From the human T2T-CHM13v2.0 reference genome, Homo sapiens: a DNA stretch of 64,000 bases. This document shows, in pieces, positions 44,931 to 63,681 of this stretch; positions within the stretch are counted from its first letter, which is position 1, and the number at the start of each line of letters is the position of its first letter. The stretch lies in NCBI RefSeq assembly GCF_009914755.1, contig NC_060927.1; one strand, 5' to 3'. The notes beneath the pieces were generated by a model. That model searched no databases, had not been told where the DNA came from, and saw only the letters and a list, made by a program, of their open reading frames with translations. The position numbers and the translations under genes were made by a program.

Positions 44931-45955
44931 GAAAAGAAGACCTTGGGGAGGGCCCAGGAAGATGGCCTAATAGGAACAGCTCCAGGAAATGCAAGGGGTC
45001 GGGGGATTTCCCTTTCCTAGCCAAGGGAAGCCATGAGAGGCTGTACCAGGAGGAACAGTATACTCCTGCCCAGATACTGCACTTTTCCCACAGTCTTCGC
45101 AACTGGCAGACCAGGAGATTCCCTCCAGTGCCTGGCTTGGCAGGTCCCTTGCCCACAGAGCCCTGCAAAGTAAAATCCATTGGCTTGAAATCCTCGCTGC
45201 TAACGCAGCAGTCTGAGATAGACCTGGGACGCTCGAGCTTGGTGGAGCAGGGACGTCCACCATTACTGAGGCTTGAGTAGGCAGTTTTATGCTCGCAGTG
45301 TAAACAAAGCTGCCAGGAAGTTTGAACTGGGCAGAGCCCACTACAGCTAAGCAAGGCTGACTGCCTCTCTAGATTCCACCTCTGTAGGCAGGGCATCTCT
45401 GAACAAAAGGCAGCAGCCCTAGTCAGGCACTTACAGATAAAACCCCCATCTCCCTGGGACAGAGCACCTGGGGTAAGGGGCAGCTGTGGGCACAGCTTCA
45501 GCAGACTTAAATGTCCCTGACTGATAGCTCTGAAGAGAGCAGTGGTTCTCCAGCATAGCATTCAAGCTCTGAACAGACAGACTGCCTCCTCAAGTGGGTC
45601 CCTGACCCCCAGGTAGCCTGACTGAGAGACATCTCCCAGTAGGGGCTGACAGACAACTCATACAGGAGAGCTCTGGCTGGCATCTGGTGGGTGTCCCTCT
45701 GGGACGAAGCTTTCAGAGGAAGGATCAGGCAGCAATAGTTGCTGTTCTGCAGCCTCTGCTGGTGATACCCACAAAAACAGTCTGGAGTGGACCTCCAGCA
45801 AACTCCAACAGACCTGCAGCTGAGGGTCCTGACTGTTAGAAGGAAAACTAACAAACAGAAAGGAATAGCATCAACATCAACAAAAAGGACATCCACATCA
45901 AAACCCCATCAGTAGGTCACTAACTTCAAAAACCAAAGTAGATAAAACCACAAAG

Positions 45956-46979
45956 ATGGGGAGAAACCACAGCAGAATGGCTGAAAATTCCAAAAACCAG
46001 AACACCTGTTCTCCTCCAAAGGCTCACAACTCCTTACCAGCAAGGGAACAAAACTGGATGGAGAATGAGTTTGACGAATTGACAGAAGTAGGCTTCAGAG
46101 GTAGGTAATAACAAACTCCTCCAAGCTAAAGGAGCATGTTCTAAACCAATGCAAGGAAGCTAAGAACCTTGAAAAAATGTTAGACGAAATGCTAACTAGA
46201 AAAACCAGTGTAGAGAAGAACATAAACGACCTGATGGAGCTGAAAAACACAGCATGAGAACTTCATGAACCATACACAAGTTTCAATAGCCAAATCGTTC
46301 AAGCAGAAGAAAGGATATCAGTGACTGAAGATCAACTTAATGAAATTAAGCAAGGAGACAAGATTAGAGAAAAAGAGTAAAAAGAAATGAACAAAGCCTC
46401 CAAGAAATATGGGACTATGTGAAATGACCAAATTTATGTTTGATTGGTATACCTGAAAGTGACAAGGAGAAGGGAACTAAGCCGGAAAACACTCTTCAGG
46501 ATATTATCCAGGAGAACCTCCCCAACCTAGCAAGGCAGTCCAACATTCACATTCAGGAAATACAAAGAACAGCACAAAGATATTCCTTGAAAAGAGCAAC
46601 CCCAAGACACATAATCATTAGATTTACCAAGGTTGAAATAAAGGAAAAAATGTTAAGGGCAGCCAGAGAGAAAGGTTGGGTTACCCACAAAGGGAAGCCC
46701 ATCACACAAACAGCGGATTTCTCGGCAGAAACTCTACAAGCCAGAAGAGAGTGGGGGCCAATATTCAGCATTCTTAAAGAAAAGAATTTTCAACTCAGAA
46801 TTTCATATCCAGCCAGACTAAGCTTCATAAGAGAAGGAGAAATAAAATCCTTTACAGACAAGCAAATGCTGAGAGATTTTGTCACCACCAGGCCTGCCTT
46901 ACAAGAGCTCTTGAAGGAAGCGCTAAACATGGAAAGGAACAACCAGTACCAGCCACTGCAAAAACATGTCAAATTGTAA
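45956..46979 (+). pseudogene. L1 ORF1p, disrupted
   Basis: ATG at 45956; internal stops and frameshifts; C-terminal part translates as ...TPRHIIIRFTKVE...AREKG...ARREWG...YPARLSF. Confidence 0.9.
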
Positions 46980-47042
46980 AGACCATCAACACTATGAAAA
47001 AACTGCATCAACTAACAAGCAAAATAATCAGCTAGCATTATA

Positions 47043-50882
<3,840 letters not shown>

Positions 50883-51901
50883 ACAATGAGAACAAACGGA
50901 CACAGGAAGGAGAAAATTACACACTAGGGCCTGTCAGGGAGTGGGGGGCTGGGGGAGGGATAGCATTAGGAGAAATACTTAATGTAAATGACGAGTTGAT
51001 GGGTGTAGCAAACCAACATGGCACATGAATACCTATGTAACAAACCTGCATGTTCTGCACATGTACCCCAACGCTTAAAGTATAATTCTAAAAAAAGAAA
51101 GAAAGAAAAGAAAAGAAAGCCTTGAAGAGAAATCAGTACAAATATGGTAGATGTTAATCCAACCATCAACAATCATTTTGAACATCAAAAGTTTAAATGC
51201 ACCATCTATAAGACAGATATTGTTTGAGTAGATTAAAAAAAAATACCAAACTATATATTGTCTGGAAGAAGCCCCTTTTAAATATAAAGGCACATATAGT
51301 TTAGAATTAAATGAATAGAGAAAAATATGGCATGTTAACACTAATCAGAAGAAAATGGAATAGCTATATTAATTTCAGACAAAGATGACTTCAAAGCAAG
51401 GAACGTTATCAGGGATACAGAAGAGCGCTACATAATGATAAGGGGGTCAATTCTAATAATATATAACAATTCTTCATGTATACTCACCTAACAACAGTGT
51501 CAAAACAGCTGGGGCAAACACTGATAGCACTGCAAAGGGAGAAATAAATGAATTCATCATTATAGCTGGAGACTTCAACATCTCTTTTTCAGAAATGGAC
51601 ACATCCAGCAGACATAACATTAGTAAGGACCTAGTTGAACTAAACAACACCATCAATCAACTGTATATAACTGGCATCTATAGATTATTTTATCCAGCAA
51701 CAGCTAATTACAAATTATTCTCAAACTCATATGAAACATTCATGGATATAGACCTTATTCAGGACCATATGTCACATCTTAACAAATTCAAAAGAATATA
51801 AATTAGGCAGTGTCTGCTTTCAGACCAAATGAAATTAAACTAGAAGTCAATAACAAAAAGATAATTGGAAAATACCAAATCCCAAAATGCACACAGATTA
51901 A

Positions 51902-52127
<226 letters not shown>

Positions 52128-53542
52128 AGCAACATGATTTTAAATAACATGGGGTTCAAAGAAGAAATCTCAAGAGAAAATTTAAAATATAAAATTTGTG
52201 AAATACAGCAAAAGCAGTGCTTAGAGGAAAATTTATAGTGTTAAAATGCACATATTAGTAAAAAAAATCTAAAATCAATATTCTAAGTTCCTATCTCAGA
52301 AAACTAGAAAAAGAAGAGCAAATTAAATCCAAAGTAATCAGTAGGAAAAAAAATAAGTATCAGAGCAAAAACCAAGTTAATAAAATTGAAAATAAGACAT
52401 CAATAGAGAAAATCAATAAAATCAAAAGCTGGTTCTTTGAAAAGTTCAATAAAATTAATTAGCCTTTAGCCAGGTAAACTAGGAAAAAAGAGAACAGAAT
52501 CTACTAATATCAGAAAAGAAAGACATGACATCATTACAGAGCCTATAAACATTAAAAGGATAATAAAGAAATACTGCAAACACCACCACACACACAAATG
52601 TGATAACCTAGATAAAATGGAACAATTTATTGAAGAACACAATTTGCCAAAACTCACAGAAAAAGAAATAAGACAATTTGAATAGCCCCATATTAAGGAA
52701 ATGGAATTGAAAATAAACTTCCAAAACAGAAAGCACCAAGACCGAATAAGTTTACTGATGAATTCTCCAAAATATTTAGAAAGAAATGTTAGCAATTCTC
52801 TACAATTTCTTTCACAGTAGAGAAGCAGAGGGAATATTTCCTAACTCATTTTATGAGGCCAATATTACTCTAATACCCAAACTGGACAAAGACATTAGAA
52901 GAAATAAAAACTACAGATCAATACATTTTATGAAAATAGCTGTAAAAATCCTCAGTAAATCATATCAAACAATGTATATAAAATCATACACCATGACCAA
53001 GTGGTATTTATCCTTGATATACAAGTTTGGTTCAACATTTGAAAATCAATTTTTGTATTCCATCACATCAACAAGCTAATAAATAAAAACCACATTATCA
53101 TATCAATAGATGCAAAAAACGCATTTGACAAACTCTAACATTCATTCATAATAAAAAGGCTTAGTAAACTAGAAATGGAGGGGAACTTCATCAACTTGAG
53201 AGAGAATATATACAAAAACCCTACAGCTAACCTATAGTTAGCATGATACTTAATGGTGAGAAACATAAAACTTTCCCAGTAATTTCAAGAACAAGGCAAG
53301 GATGTCTCTTCTCATCACATTTTATCAACATTGTACTGGAAGTTTAGCTAATACAACAAGACAGAAAAAGGAAAGGAAATAATATGTATACAGGTTAAGA
53401 AGGAAGAAGTGTAACTCTTTATGTAAAGATGATATGATTCTCTCAAAGAATTGATTTAAAACAAACAAAAAATACTCCTGGAACTACTAAGCAATTTTAG
53501 CAAGGCTCCAGGATACAAAGTTAATATAAAAAAGTCAATAGT

Positions 53543-53845
53543 GGCCAGGTACAGTGGCTCACGCCTGTAATCCCAGCATTTTGGGAGTCCAAGCTGAGCA
53601 GATTGCTTGAGCCCAGGAGTTTGAGACCAGTCTGGTCAACATGGAGAAAACCTGTCTTTACTAAAAAAATGGAAAAAATTGCCAGGCGTGGTGATGCATG
53701 CTTGTAGTTCCAGCTACTCGAGAGGCTGAGGTGGGAGGATCACCTGAGTCCAAGATGCAGAGGTTGCAGTGGGCTGAGATTGCACCACACCACTGCACTC
53801 CAGCCTGGACCATAGAGCAAGACCCTGTCTCAAAAAAAAATGAAT
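53543..53845 (+). mobile_element. AluJb-like
   Basis: Full dimer; TSD AAAAAAGTCAATAG / AAATAAGTCAATAG. Confidence 0.9.
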
Positions 53846-56800
53846 AAATAAGTCAATAGATTTTCCATATACCAGCAATGAACAAGGGGAATTTGAAATT
53901 AAAAACACAATAACATTTACATTAGCACACCCCAGAAAGTACTTAAGTATAAATCTTACAATATATGTACAAGATTTATATGAGTGAACCCACAAAATTC
54001 TAATGAAAGCTATCAAAGAAGAACTAAATAAATGGAGAGATATTCCATATTCATGGATAGAAAGTATCAACATTATCAAGATGTCAGTTCTTCCCAACTT
54101 GGTCTATAGATTTAAAATAATTACAATGAAAATCCAAGTTACTTTGTAGATATTGACAAATTGATTCTAAAGTTTATGGGGGAAGGAAAAAAATCTAGAA
54201 TAGTCCAGATGACATTGAAGAAAAAGAACAAAGTTAGAGACTGACACCACATGACTTTAAAACTTACTACAAAGCTACAGTAATCAACACAGTGTGATAT
54301 TGGTGAAAGAATATACAAATAGATCAATAGAACAGAATAGAGATCCCAGAAACAGACCCACATAAATACAGTCAACTGATCTTTGTCAAAAGAGCAATGT
54401 AATAGATAAAAGATACTCTTCAACAAATGATGCTGGAATAACTGCACACCTAGCTGCGAAAAAAAAAAAAAAAAAGAATCTAAACAGAAATCTTACACCC
54501 TTCAGAAAAATCAACTCAATATGAACCATATACCTAAATGTTAACCACAAAACTAGAAAACTCCTAGAAGATAACATAAGAGATAACCTAGATGACCTTG
54601 GGCGTAACAGTGACTTTTTAGATAAAACATCAAAAGCACCATCCATGATAGAAATAATTGATAAGCTGGACTTCATTAAAATTAAAAACTCCTCTGTGAA
54701 AGACAATTTCAAGAGAATGGGAAGAGAAGCCACAGACTGGGAGAAAATATTTGCGAAAGACACATATGAAAAGGGCTGTTATCTAAAATATACAAAAACT
54801 CTTGAAACTCAAGAATAAGAAAACACACAATCTTTAAAACTGGGCCAAAGACTCAGACACCTCACCAAGAAAAAACATGAATGCAAATGCAAATAAGCAT
54901 GTGAAAAGATGCTTTGCTTCATATGTCATCAGAGAAATGCAAATTAAACAATAATGAGATAGCATTACACACATATTAGACTGTCCAAAGTCTGGAACAC
55001 CAGTAACACAAAATGTTGTCCAGGATGCCAAGCAACAGGAACTTTCATTCATTGCTGGTGGGGATGCAAAATGGTACAGCTACTGTTGAAGAGAGTTTGG
55101 CAGTTTCTACAAAACTGAATATACTCTTACCACACAACTTAGCAAATGCATTTCTTGGCATTTATGCAAAAGAGTTGGAAAGTTATGTCCACACACACAT
55201 ACACACAAAAATGCACATGAATGTTTATAACAGCTTTAGTCATAGTTGCCAAAACTTGGAAACAATCAAGATATCCTCAGTGAATGAACAAATTAATAAA
55301 CTGTGGTACACTCAGACATTAGAATATTATTCAGTGCTAAAAAGAAATGAGCTACAAAGATATGGAGGAATGTATATTATATATATATTATATTAAGTGT
55401 ATATTATTAAGTGAAAGATACCAATCTGAAAAATCTATATGCTGTATGATTCCAACACGATCTTCTGGAAAGGCAAGACTAAAAGATCACTGGTTGCCAG
55501 GGATTGCAGGAAGGAAGAAATGAATACATGGAGCACAGATGATTTTAAGGGCAGTGAAAATACTCCATATGGTGCTATAATTATGCATATGTATCTTCAT
55601 ATTTACATTTGTCTAAACCCACAGAATGTACGACACCAAGAACAAACTGTAATGTACACTACAGACTTTGGGTGATTATGATGTGTCAACGTAGGTTCAT
55701 CAATTGCAACAAATGTACCACTCTGGTAAATAATGTTGATAATAAGGCAAGCTATGCATATGTAGGGGCATGGAGAATGGGAAATCTATGTACTTCCCCT
55801 TAATTTTGCTATGAACCTAAAAATACTCTAAAAAAATAAGTAAACAAAAATAGTAGGTTCTCAGTAACCATTAATATTACCCCAAGCCTAGCTCAGCACT
55901 ATGTATCATTATGAAGATGGCTTTGTTTTGATCTTCCTAAATGTGTAGAACTTTACATTATTTTCAAAGGCAATTTAATACAGACGTTGGTGCCAGGGCA
56001 TTTAAACAAATATTTTTTAAAAATTTATATGAGGCTAAGTTAGAGATTCTATCACATTCATAATATGTTATGAGCTATCACAAATATTTTAAAATGTCAA
56101 TCTAAAGAAATTCTATTTCTTTTCCAAACATTTCCAGAGCTCACTTGGAAAAAATATTTTTTTCTAGATATGAAGCTCCTGATATTAGGTAAAGAAACCT
56201 AATCAGTTGCTTAAGCAATAAAAGAGAAAGTGAGAAACAGGACCTGAAGGGTATTCTAAGGATAAAGGAGCAAGGGTTTTTCATTTTTTCTCAAAAGAGA
56301 AAGACAAGGAATTACAAAATATCTAGGAACAATTTAGGAACAAATTAGGAGACCCATTTAGGAATTTTTAAAAATCACTCATATTTGAATTTACAAGAAA
56401 AACGTTCCCATGAGTCATAAAAAATGAGTGTAATTCTGTGAGGAATCTTGATTTGTCTATGGATTTAAATGAATTCCTGATGTGTCACATAATCAAATGT
56501 GGTTTGTACTACGTGATGTAAACAGCCCTAGAATTCCCCTTCCTGCTGAGAACTTAATGACTAAATCCTCAGAGCTGAGAAGACACAGGCTACACAAATC
56601 TTGAAAGCATCAGATTCACCAGCCCATGTTCAGGAAGCCATTTCTCATAGCTGGAAGCCAACCAGCCATCCTGGGCTCTGGAAAATGTGATGACGTTTAC
56701 AGTGTGATTTGAGCAACTTGTGCAGAACTGTGAGACTCAGGATACAATGTCTACATGCTCAAGACTTACCATCCCCAAACACCATTTAGTTCACTTTTTA

Positions 56801-57279
56801 CATTAATTATCTCACTAAGAGAGAAAATGGAAATGTGAAAAAACGGCATGAAGAAACAAGCGAAAAACCAACCATAGCAGTGAACAGAAAGCCCCAGAAT
56901 CAGACTTGACCTGTCTTCATCTTTTTACCTGGGCCAACCTGACTGAAAGCTGAAGTTTCTGAAGGAAAAACAAAGATGACTATGTCTGAATATCATAAAT
57001 ACTTAGACAAGCATTAAATATGGCAGCATGAACAAGATTGTATCTAGCTCCTGTTTTGTAGGTGGAAAAATTGAGACAAAAATGTTAAGTAATGTGGCTT
57101 TCATAGTACCTACAAAAATGAGGACTCTAAGGTGAGGGAATTCACTTCTCTGAATTATGAGGACAAATAAGTTTATACTTGGAAAAAATACAAAATACAG
57201 CCCAGATAAAAAGCAAATAGCCTTTAGATAACTACGGAACCAAAAGTGTTAATACTTGTTTTCGAATTCTGTGACTTAC

Positions 57280-57355
57280 CGATTGCTAGTCTATCTACCT
57301 TGTTTGGTAGGACATATCAGCGATGCACTTGTGGGCATTTATCTCCACATTCCTC
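57280..57355 (-). other. Candidate 76-nt non-coding exon (unverified)
   Basis: Minus-strand acceptor with long pyrimidine tract (ttcctcttttacctctggccttcattcag|G) and donor TCG|gtaagt; stops in all three frames. Confidence 0.3.
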
Positions 57356-57479
57356 CTGAATGAAGGCCAGAGGTAAAAGAGGAATCAGGAAGCAGGAGAA
57401 AATGTAAAGGTTTCCATTTTAAATTCCAGAACTTAGATATAAAAGGTTTTTGTGTAGTGTTGCCATGTACAACGTATAT

Positions 57480-58195
<716 letters not shown>

Positions 58196-58271
58196 TAGGG
58201 AAGATGTTGGCTCTCAAGATCTTAGCACACCGTCTGACACTTAGAAGGCCTTCAGTAAATACTTTTTGAAT

Positions 58272-59755
58272 TGTGTTAGGAATTGGTGGGTTCTTGGTCT
58301 CACTAACCTCAAGAATGAAGCCACTGATTCTCGCAGTGAGTACAGTTCTTAAAGGCAGCATGTCCAGAGTTTGTTCCTTCTGATGTTCAGATGTGTTCGG
58401 AGTTTCTTCCTTCTGCTGGGTTCGTGGTCTCGCTAGCTTCAGGCGTGAAGCTGCAGACTTTCGCAGTGACTGTTACAGCTCTTAAGGCAGCACATCTGGA
58501 ATTGTCCATTCCTCCCAGTGGGTTCGTGGTTTCGCTGCCCTCAAGAGAAAATGCAGACCTTCGCGGTGAGTGTTAAGCTCATAAAGGCAATGTGGACCCA
58601 AAGAGTGACAAGCAGCAAAATTTATTGCAAAGAGCAAAAGAACGCTGCAAAAGGAGACCCCAGCAGGTTGCCACTGCTGGCTCAGCAGCCTGCTTTTATT
58701 GCCTTATCTGGCCCCACCCACATCCTGCTGATTGGTCCATTTTACAGAGAGCTGATTGGTCCGTTTTGACAGGCTGCTGATTGGTGCATTTACAATCCCT
58801 GAGCTAGACACAAAAGTTCTCCAAGTCCCCACTAGATTAGCTAGCTACAGATTGCCAATTGTTGCATCCACAAACCTTGAGCTAGATACAGAGTGCTGAT
58901 TGGTGCATTTACAAACCTTGAGCTAGATACAGAGTACTGATTGGTGTATTCACAATCCCTCAGCTAGACCTAAAGGTTCTCCACGTCCCCACCAGATCAG
59001 CTAGACATAGAGTGCTAATTGGTGCATTTACAAACCTTGAGCTAGACACAGCGTGCTGATTGGTGTATTCACAATCCCTTAGAGAGACATGAAGATTCTC
59101 CAAGTCCCCACTAGACTCAGGAGCCCAGCTGGCTTCACCTAGTGGATCCTGCACCAGGGCCACAGGCAGAGCTGCCCGCCAGTCCTGCCGTGCGCCTGCA
59201 CTCCTCGGCCCTTGGGTGGTTGATGGGACCTGGCGCTGCGGAGCAGGGGGCGCAGCTCGTCCGGAGGCTCAGGCCGTGCAGGAGCCCATGGCGGCCGGGG
59301 AATGGGGGAGTCTCAGGCCCAAGCCCTGCCCCACAGGGAGGCAGCTGAGGCCCTGCCAGAACTTGAGTGCAGCACTGGCGGCGGGCCGGCACTGCTGGGG
59401 GACCCGGTGCACCCTCCACAGCTGCTGGCCCAGTTACTAAGTCCCTCACTGCCCGAGGCCGGCGGCGCCAGCCGGCCGCTCGGAGTGCGGGGCCCGCCGA
59501 ACCCACGCCCTCCCGGAACTCGCGCTGGCCCACAAGCGCCGCGCGCAGCCTGGGTTCCCGCCCACGCCTCTCCCTCCACGCCTCCTCTCAAGCTGAGGGA
59601 GCCGGCTCTGGCCTCCGCCAGCCCAGAAAGGGGCTTCCACAGTGCAGCGGCGGGCTCAAGAGCTCCTCAAGCGCGGCCAGAGTGGGCGCCTAGGCCGAGT
59701 AGGCGCCGAGAGCGAGGGAGGGCTGCGAGCGCTGCCAGCATGCTGTCACCTCTCA
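58272..59755 (-). mobile_element. LTR12C-like (ERV9) solo LTR
   Basis: Reverse complement starts TGAGAGGTGACAGC and ends ...ACCCACCAATTCCTAACACA. Perfect TSD GAAT (58268-58271 / 59756-59759); ~40-bp U3 tandem repeats. Confidence 0.95.
58690..59120 (-). promoter_or_regulatory. ERV9/LTR12 U3 enhancer-promoter: CCAAT (NF-Y) repeats, CACCC box, GATA site, AATAAA TATA-like box
   Basis: ATTGG near 58731, 58755, 58780, 58899, 58940, 59018 and 59059; CCCCACCC ~58712; minus-strand AGATAA 58704-58709 and AATAAA 58695-58700. Activity is not demonstrated. Confidence 0.7.
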
Positions 59756-60006
59756 GAATGACTTACGATCAAGGTAAATGTTGGCTACCATTGAAGCATA
59801 TAGATTATGATCTTACATCGTCTTGGGGTAGGTGTAGAGAAAGCTTATCAGAGGAGTGTGGTTGAAAAAGTCGTATTTTTAACCTCCCACAGTGCCTTAT
59901 AGAGAATAGGTACTTAATAAATGTTTGAATCAAAAACACAAAATCCTATAAAAATATGTTTCAGTAAATCTAAAATTGATACAGTTTTACTAAATTTTGT
60001 TACAAC

Positions 60007-60379
60007 TGCTATGTTCAGAATGTTTGTGTCTCCCCAAAATTCATACATTGGAGCCTAATCCCCAATGTGGTAGAAATTAAGAGATGCGGATTTGTGGAGT
60101 TGATTAGGTTATGAGAGCTCAATCCTAGTGAATGGGATTAGTTCCTTTGTAAAAAAGAGGCCTGAGGGAACTTGTTTGCCTCTCAGGTCACATGAGGACA
60201 TGGCAAACATGGCAACAAGGCACCATCTTTAAAGTAGAGAGCAAGCCTCACCAGACACTGAATCTGGAGGTGCCTTGATCTTGGACCTTCCAGCCGGTAA
60301 GAACTGTGAGCAATAAATTTGTCCTACTCATAAATTACCTCGTCTAAGATATTTTGTTCTAGCAGCCCTAACAAAGACA
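60007..60379 (+). mobile_element. MLT1A-like MaLR solo LTR
   Basis: 'tgctatg...gaatgtttgtgtctccccaaaattcata' to 'agcagccc..acaaagaca'; TSD ACAAC / ATAAC. Confidence 0.88.
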
Positions 60380-61219
60380 ATAACCTTCTAAGATTTGTTT
60401 TATTATGCTGAATGAGACAACACAGATGGAGAAAAAAATTAAATCCTGCCAAAGTTGGGAGTTTTCATATCTTTTTCACTTTTGCCATCAAGTAATATTA
60501 CCCTCCCCTCAAAGCAACAGAGCTGAGTTCTTTCTCATCTAGGTCTAAGGAGTAACAAACATCCTTGCTTTCTTTGAGTGCCAGAGTCAGTAACAGAAAA
60601 AGCTGGCGCAAATTCTCAGGAGGAAATGCTAATTTGACTCCTCTCCACAAAATGTTGACACTTGACAACTCTATGTTTTTAAAATCTGATACCAAGGGTA
60701 TTATCAGGGTATAGGAGGTCTTTTTGAGTTAAAAACAGGCTTAGAGTTCTTTGATGAGAGCCAAAAGGCAGTCTGGGAACTGGAAATGTTTATTGGACCT
60801 ATGTTAAGATTTGGAGAACTGTGCACAATATATATTTTTTTTGCCCATAACCTTCATAGTCTTTGTTTCTGGGCCTAAAATAACATTTTTCTTCTCTTTT
60901 GCTACCAAAGTAGAAGCATTTTGGGAAAGTGTATATTTATGGAAAATATATCAAGAAAGGCTTCAGAGCAGAATATTGCCAAGCCTGCCACTTTGGGATA
61001 GTGCAAATAAATTAAAATAGTATTCTTAACACAAGCAAAAGAAAAAAAGTAGAATTCTTTCTATTCTTCTTAGACTTGCCTGAGTTTTATAAGCCTTGAG
61101 TATTAGACTGACAAAGTATCCAAAGGAAGATTTAGATAATTTGGGACGTGACTTAATGGGAATACAGTTTAAGTCTCAGGATTTTTGTCATTTGGGACAA
61201 TTGACATGATAGTGTATGT

Positions 61220-61410
61220 CAGTTCTAGGACCAAACAGATGAACAAGAGTCAAAGCATATGAATTTGACTTTTTTACAGGAGAAAATCATGTCATTTCTA
61301 AGTTTTGATTTCTTCATCTGTAAAAAGCTAGTAATAACTTTACATACATAAAATAATATATATGAAAGTATTCTGTGCACTGTAAGCCACTATACAATGA
61401 TACTGATAAT
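61220..61410 (+). mobile_element. MIR fragment
   Basis: 'tttcttcatctgtaaaaagctagtaataac...tatatgaaagtattctgtgcactgtaagccactatac'. Confidence 0.6.
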
Positions 61411-63211
61411 AATGGTGATAAACTGAAAGCAGCAAAAGAAATCACTTTAGAAGCAAGGATGTCTTTACATATAAGGGAAATAATTCAATCCACATTAAAA
61501 TCTTCAGGTTTATCTAGAGAGTCTCTGCTATCTTTGTTGAGAATCTCTTTGTTGTGCCTTTTCCTGCCAAAATTGAAGTTTTCTTCTACCATTCTTTGTT
61601 TGCTCTCATACCTTCTAGATGAGAGCTTGAAGCCCAAGCACAAGAAAAGAGAACAGTGTATGGGAGAACATAGAGGCAGTGCTGTGGACATAAATCAGAA
61701 CCAGGGTGGTCCCAGTTCTGCCCTTTGAACATGACAGTATCTATTCCTGGAAGGAAGGGGAGCAACAGGACAAGGGCTCTGGGATCCTGAGGAAGTTAAA
61801 GCCAGCAGTGGTTTTGCAGCTTCCTAACTATCTTCTGACTCCACTTATTTTGCCTGTTCCAGAACCTTAAGGTGTCATCTTGGATCTTCTCAGGCAGTGA
61901 CGACAAATCTGATGAGTCTGTTCTTGAGATGCTATAGTAGATGCAGGCCAACTAACCTTTACCTCCCCTTTCTAGGTCCAATAGCAGAAATCTAGTATCT
62001 TTCACTCTCCAAGGGAATTTTCAGTGGTTTTGGAAATTGCACAGCCCCCAAATGTCCTGGATGCTACCAACTACCAGTTTCAGACCTTTTACTATCACCT
62101 CTGATGGCTTCATCCTCACATTTGTCTCCCTCAGTACTTCAAGGTTTCTCTCTTGTTCCTATTACGTCTGCTACTAGCTTTGTAAAAATACACAATATAT
62201 AGTGCACTAATTTTTATCAGACCCAATAGTTTCATTTATAAAAAATAAAAATAAAGAACAAGAAAAAAGATTCAGATGTATAATTAAGAACTCTTAATTT
62301 TTCCATTTGCTCTGCTTGATATTACTAAAATTTAGATGTCTGAAGATTTAGCCAACCAATCTCTAGATATGTCAACAATCACAAAACAAGTGTTCACAGA
62401 GTACAAACCATTTTATTAAGTGAAGAAGATTATTAAAAAACAGGCAGCTCCCACCTTCAAATATTTTAGGAATCCCTTACCGACTTAACATAATTAAAAT
62501 TCCCACTGGGTTTCAATATTTAAATGCCATTTTATACAACTTGGGGTTATCCATGTTAACATTTAAAAATATTTTTCATCCATATTATAAATTAATAAAT
62601 TTGTTTCAGTGCAGATAAATAGAAGGACTACCCATAGTCTTACCATCAAGAAAGAGTTAACTGCTCAGAAAAATTTGCTGCATTTCTCTTCTGTGTGTGT
62701 TATTTTTCAGAGTTTAGCATGTACAATATACACATTTTATTATCTTTTTTAACCTGTTTTGTCGTAAGTCTTTTCCATCCATTAGAGAATTTTTATAAAT
62801 ATAGTTTTAATGAATGTTTATTAAATAAGTTATGTTATTGTATATTATTAATAAAATAATGGACATTACAAGTACATTTGTGGAAATTCTCTATAATTTT
62901 ATATAATATATAAATTTTATGTAATATTTGTAAGTATATTACTCTCTGAATGAAAGTTACATCCAGAAGTGCCTTTTTGCTCTTTTGAATAATTAATGTG
63001 ATTAATATTTCTGTACCTAAGTATGTCTTCATCTTGAATTATTTTCTTAGAATATATTTCCCAAATTGAAATACTAGATGAAGTCATTAGAAGTTATGCT
63101 TTGTGTAATAATGTTTTGGTGATCTTAATACATGGGAACATAGCAAATTTTACATCCTAGGCTAATTTCAAATCAATCCTTATTGAGGTCATCAAAGAAT
63201 AGGACTTGCTT

Positions 63212-63440
63212 TTAATAATAGATAATATTATTGAGCATTTTATGTGGCTCTTCTAAATCCTACTTATTCCTCCCCACAGCCCTGACATGAAGGCCCTATT
63301 ATTAACCCAATGTAGCAGAAGAGAACAATAAAGCCCAGAGAGTTGAAATAAATGGCCCAAGGTCACAGCTAGGGATAGTCACAGTTACGATTTGAACCCA
63401 TGCAACCTGATTCCAGGACCTTTATTCTTAACTACCACCT
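63212..63440 (-). mobile_element. MIR
   Basis: 'gcccagagagttgaaataaatggcccaaggtcacagctag...gatttgaaccca'. Confidence 0.85.
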
Positions 63441-63681
63441 GCCCTCTAATAAGACAGCAATTCTTCAGCTCTCAAGGCAGAAAAGTACCAAACCTTCCCC
63501 CTATAAAATGTCTACTTATTATTTATTATATGCTTCCTTTCATTAAAAAGAATAATCTCACTTGGAAGCCAGCAGAGTAAAATTAAAGCAATTACAAGAG
63601 TACACTGGCCAGAGAAGCTGGGTTAAAATGTTGCTAGAACAAGCTGATGTTTATGAGAAGAAAACTTCAGGGGAAATCTCA

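Noticed and set aside
44878-45896. Antisense ORFs of 124-227 aa
   Set aside because: Antisense L1 5'UTR frames; the ORF0-like frame is disconnected from its ATG and runs into an AluJ.
59135-59865. Cluster of GC-rich ORFs up to 187 aa
   Set aside because: Essentially within LTR12C U3; high GC suppresses stop codons and no domain is recognisable.
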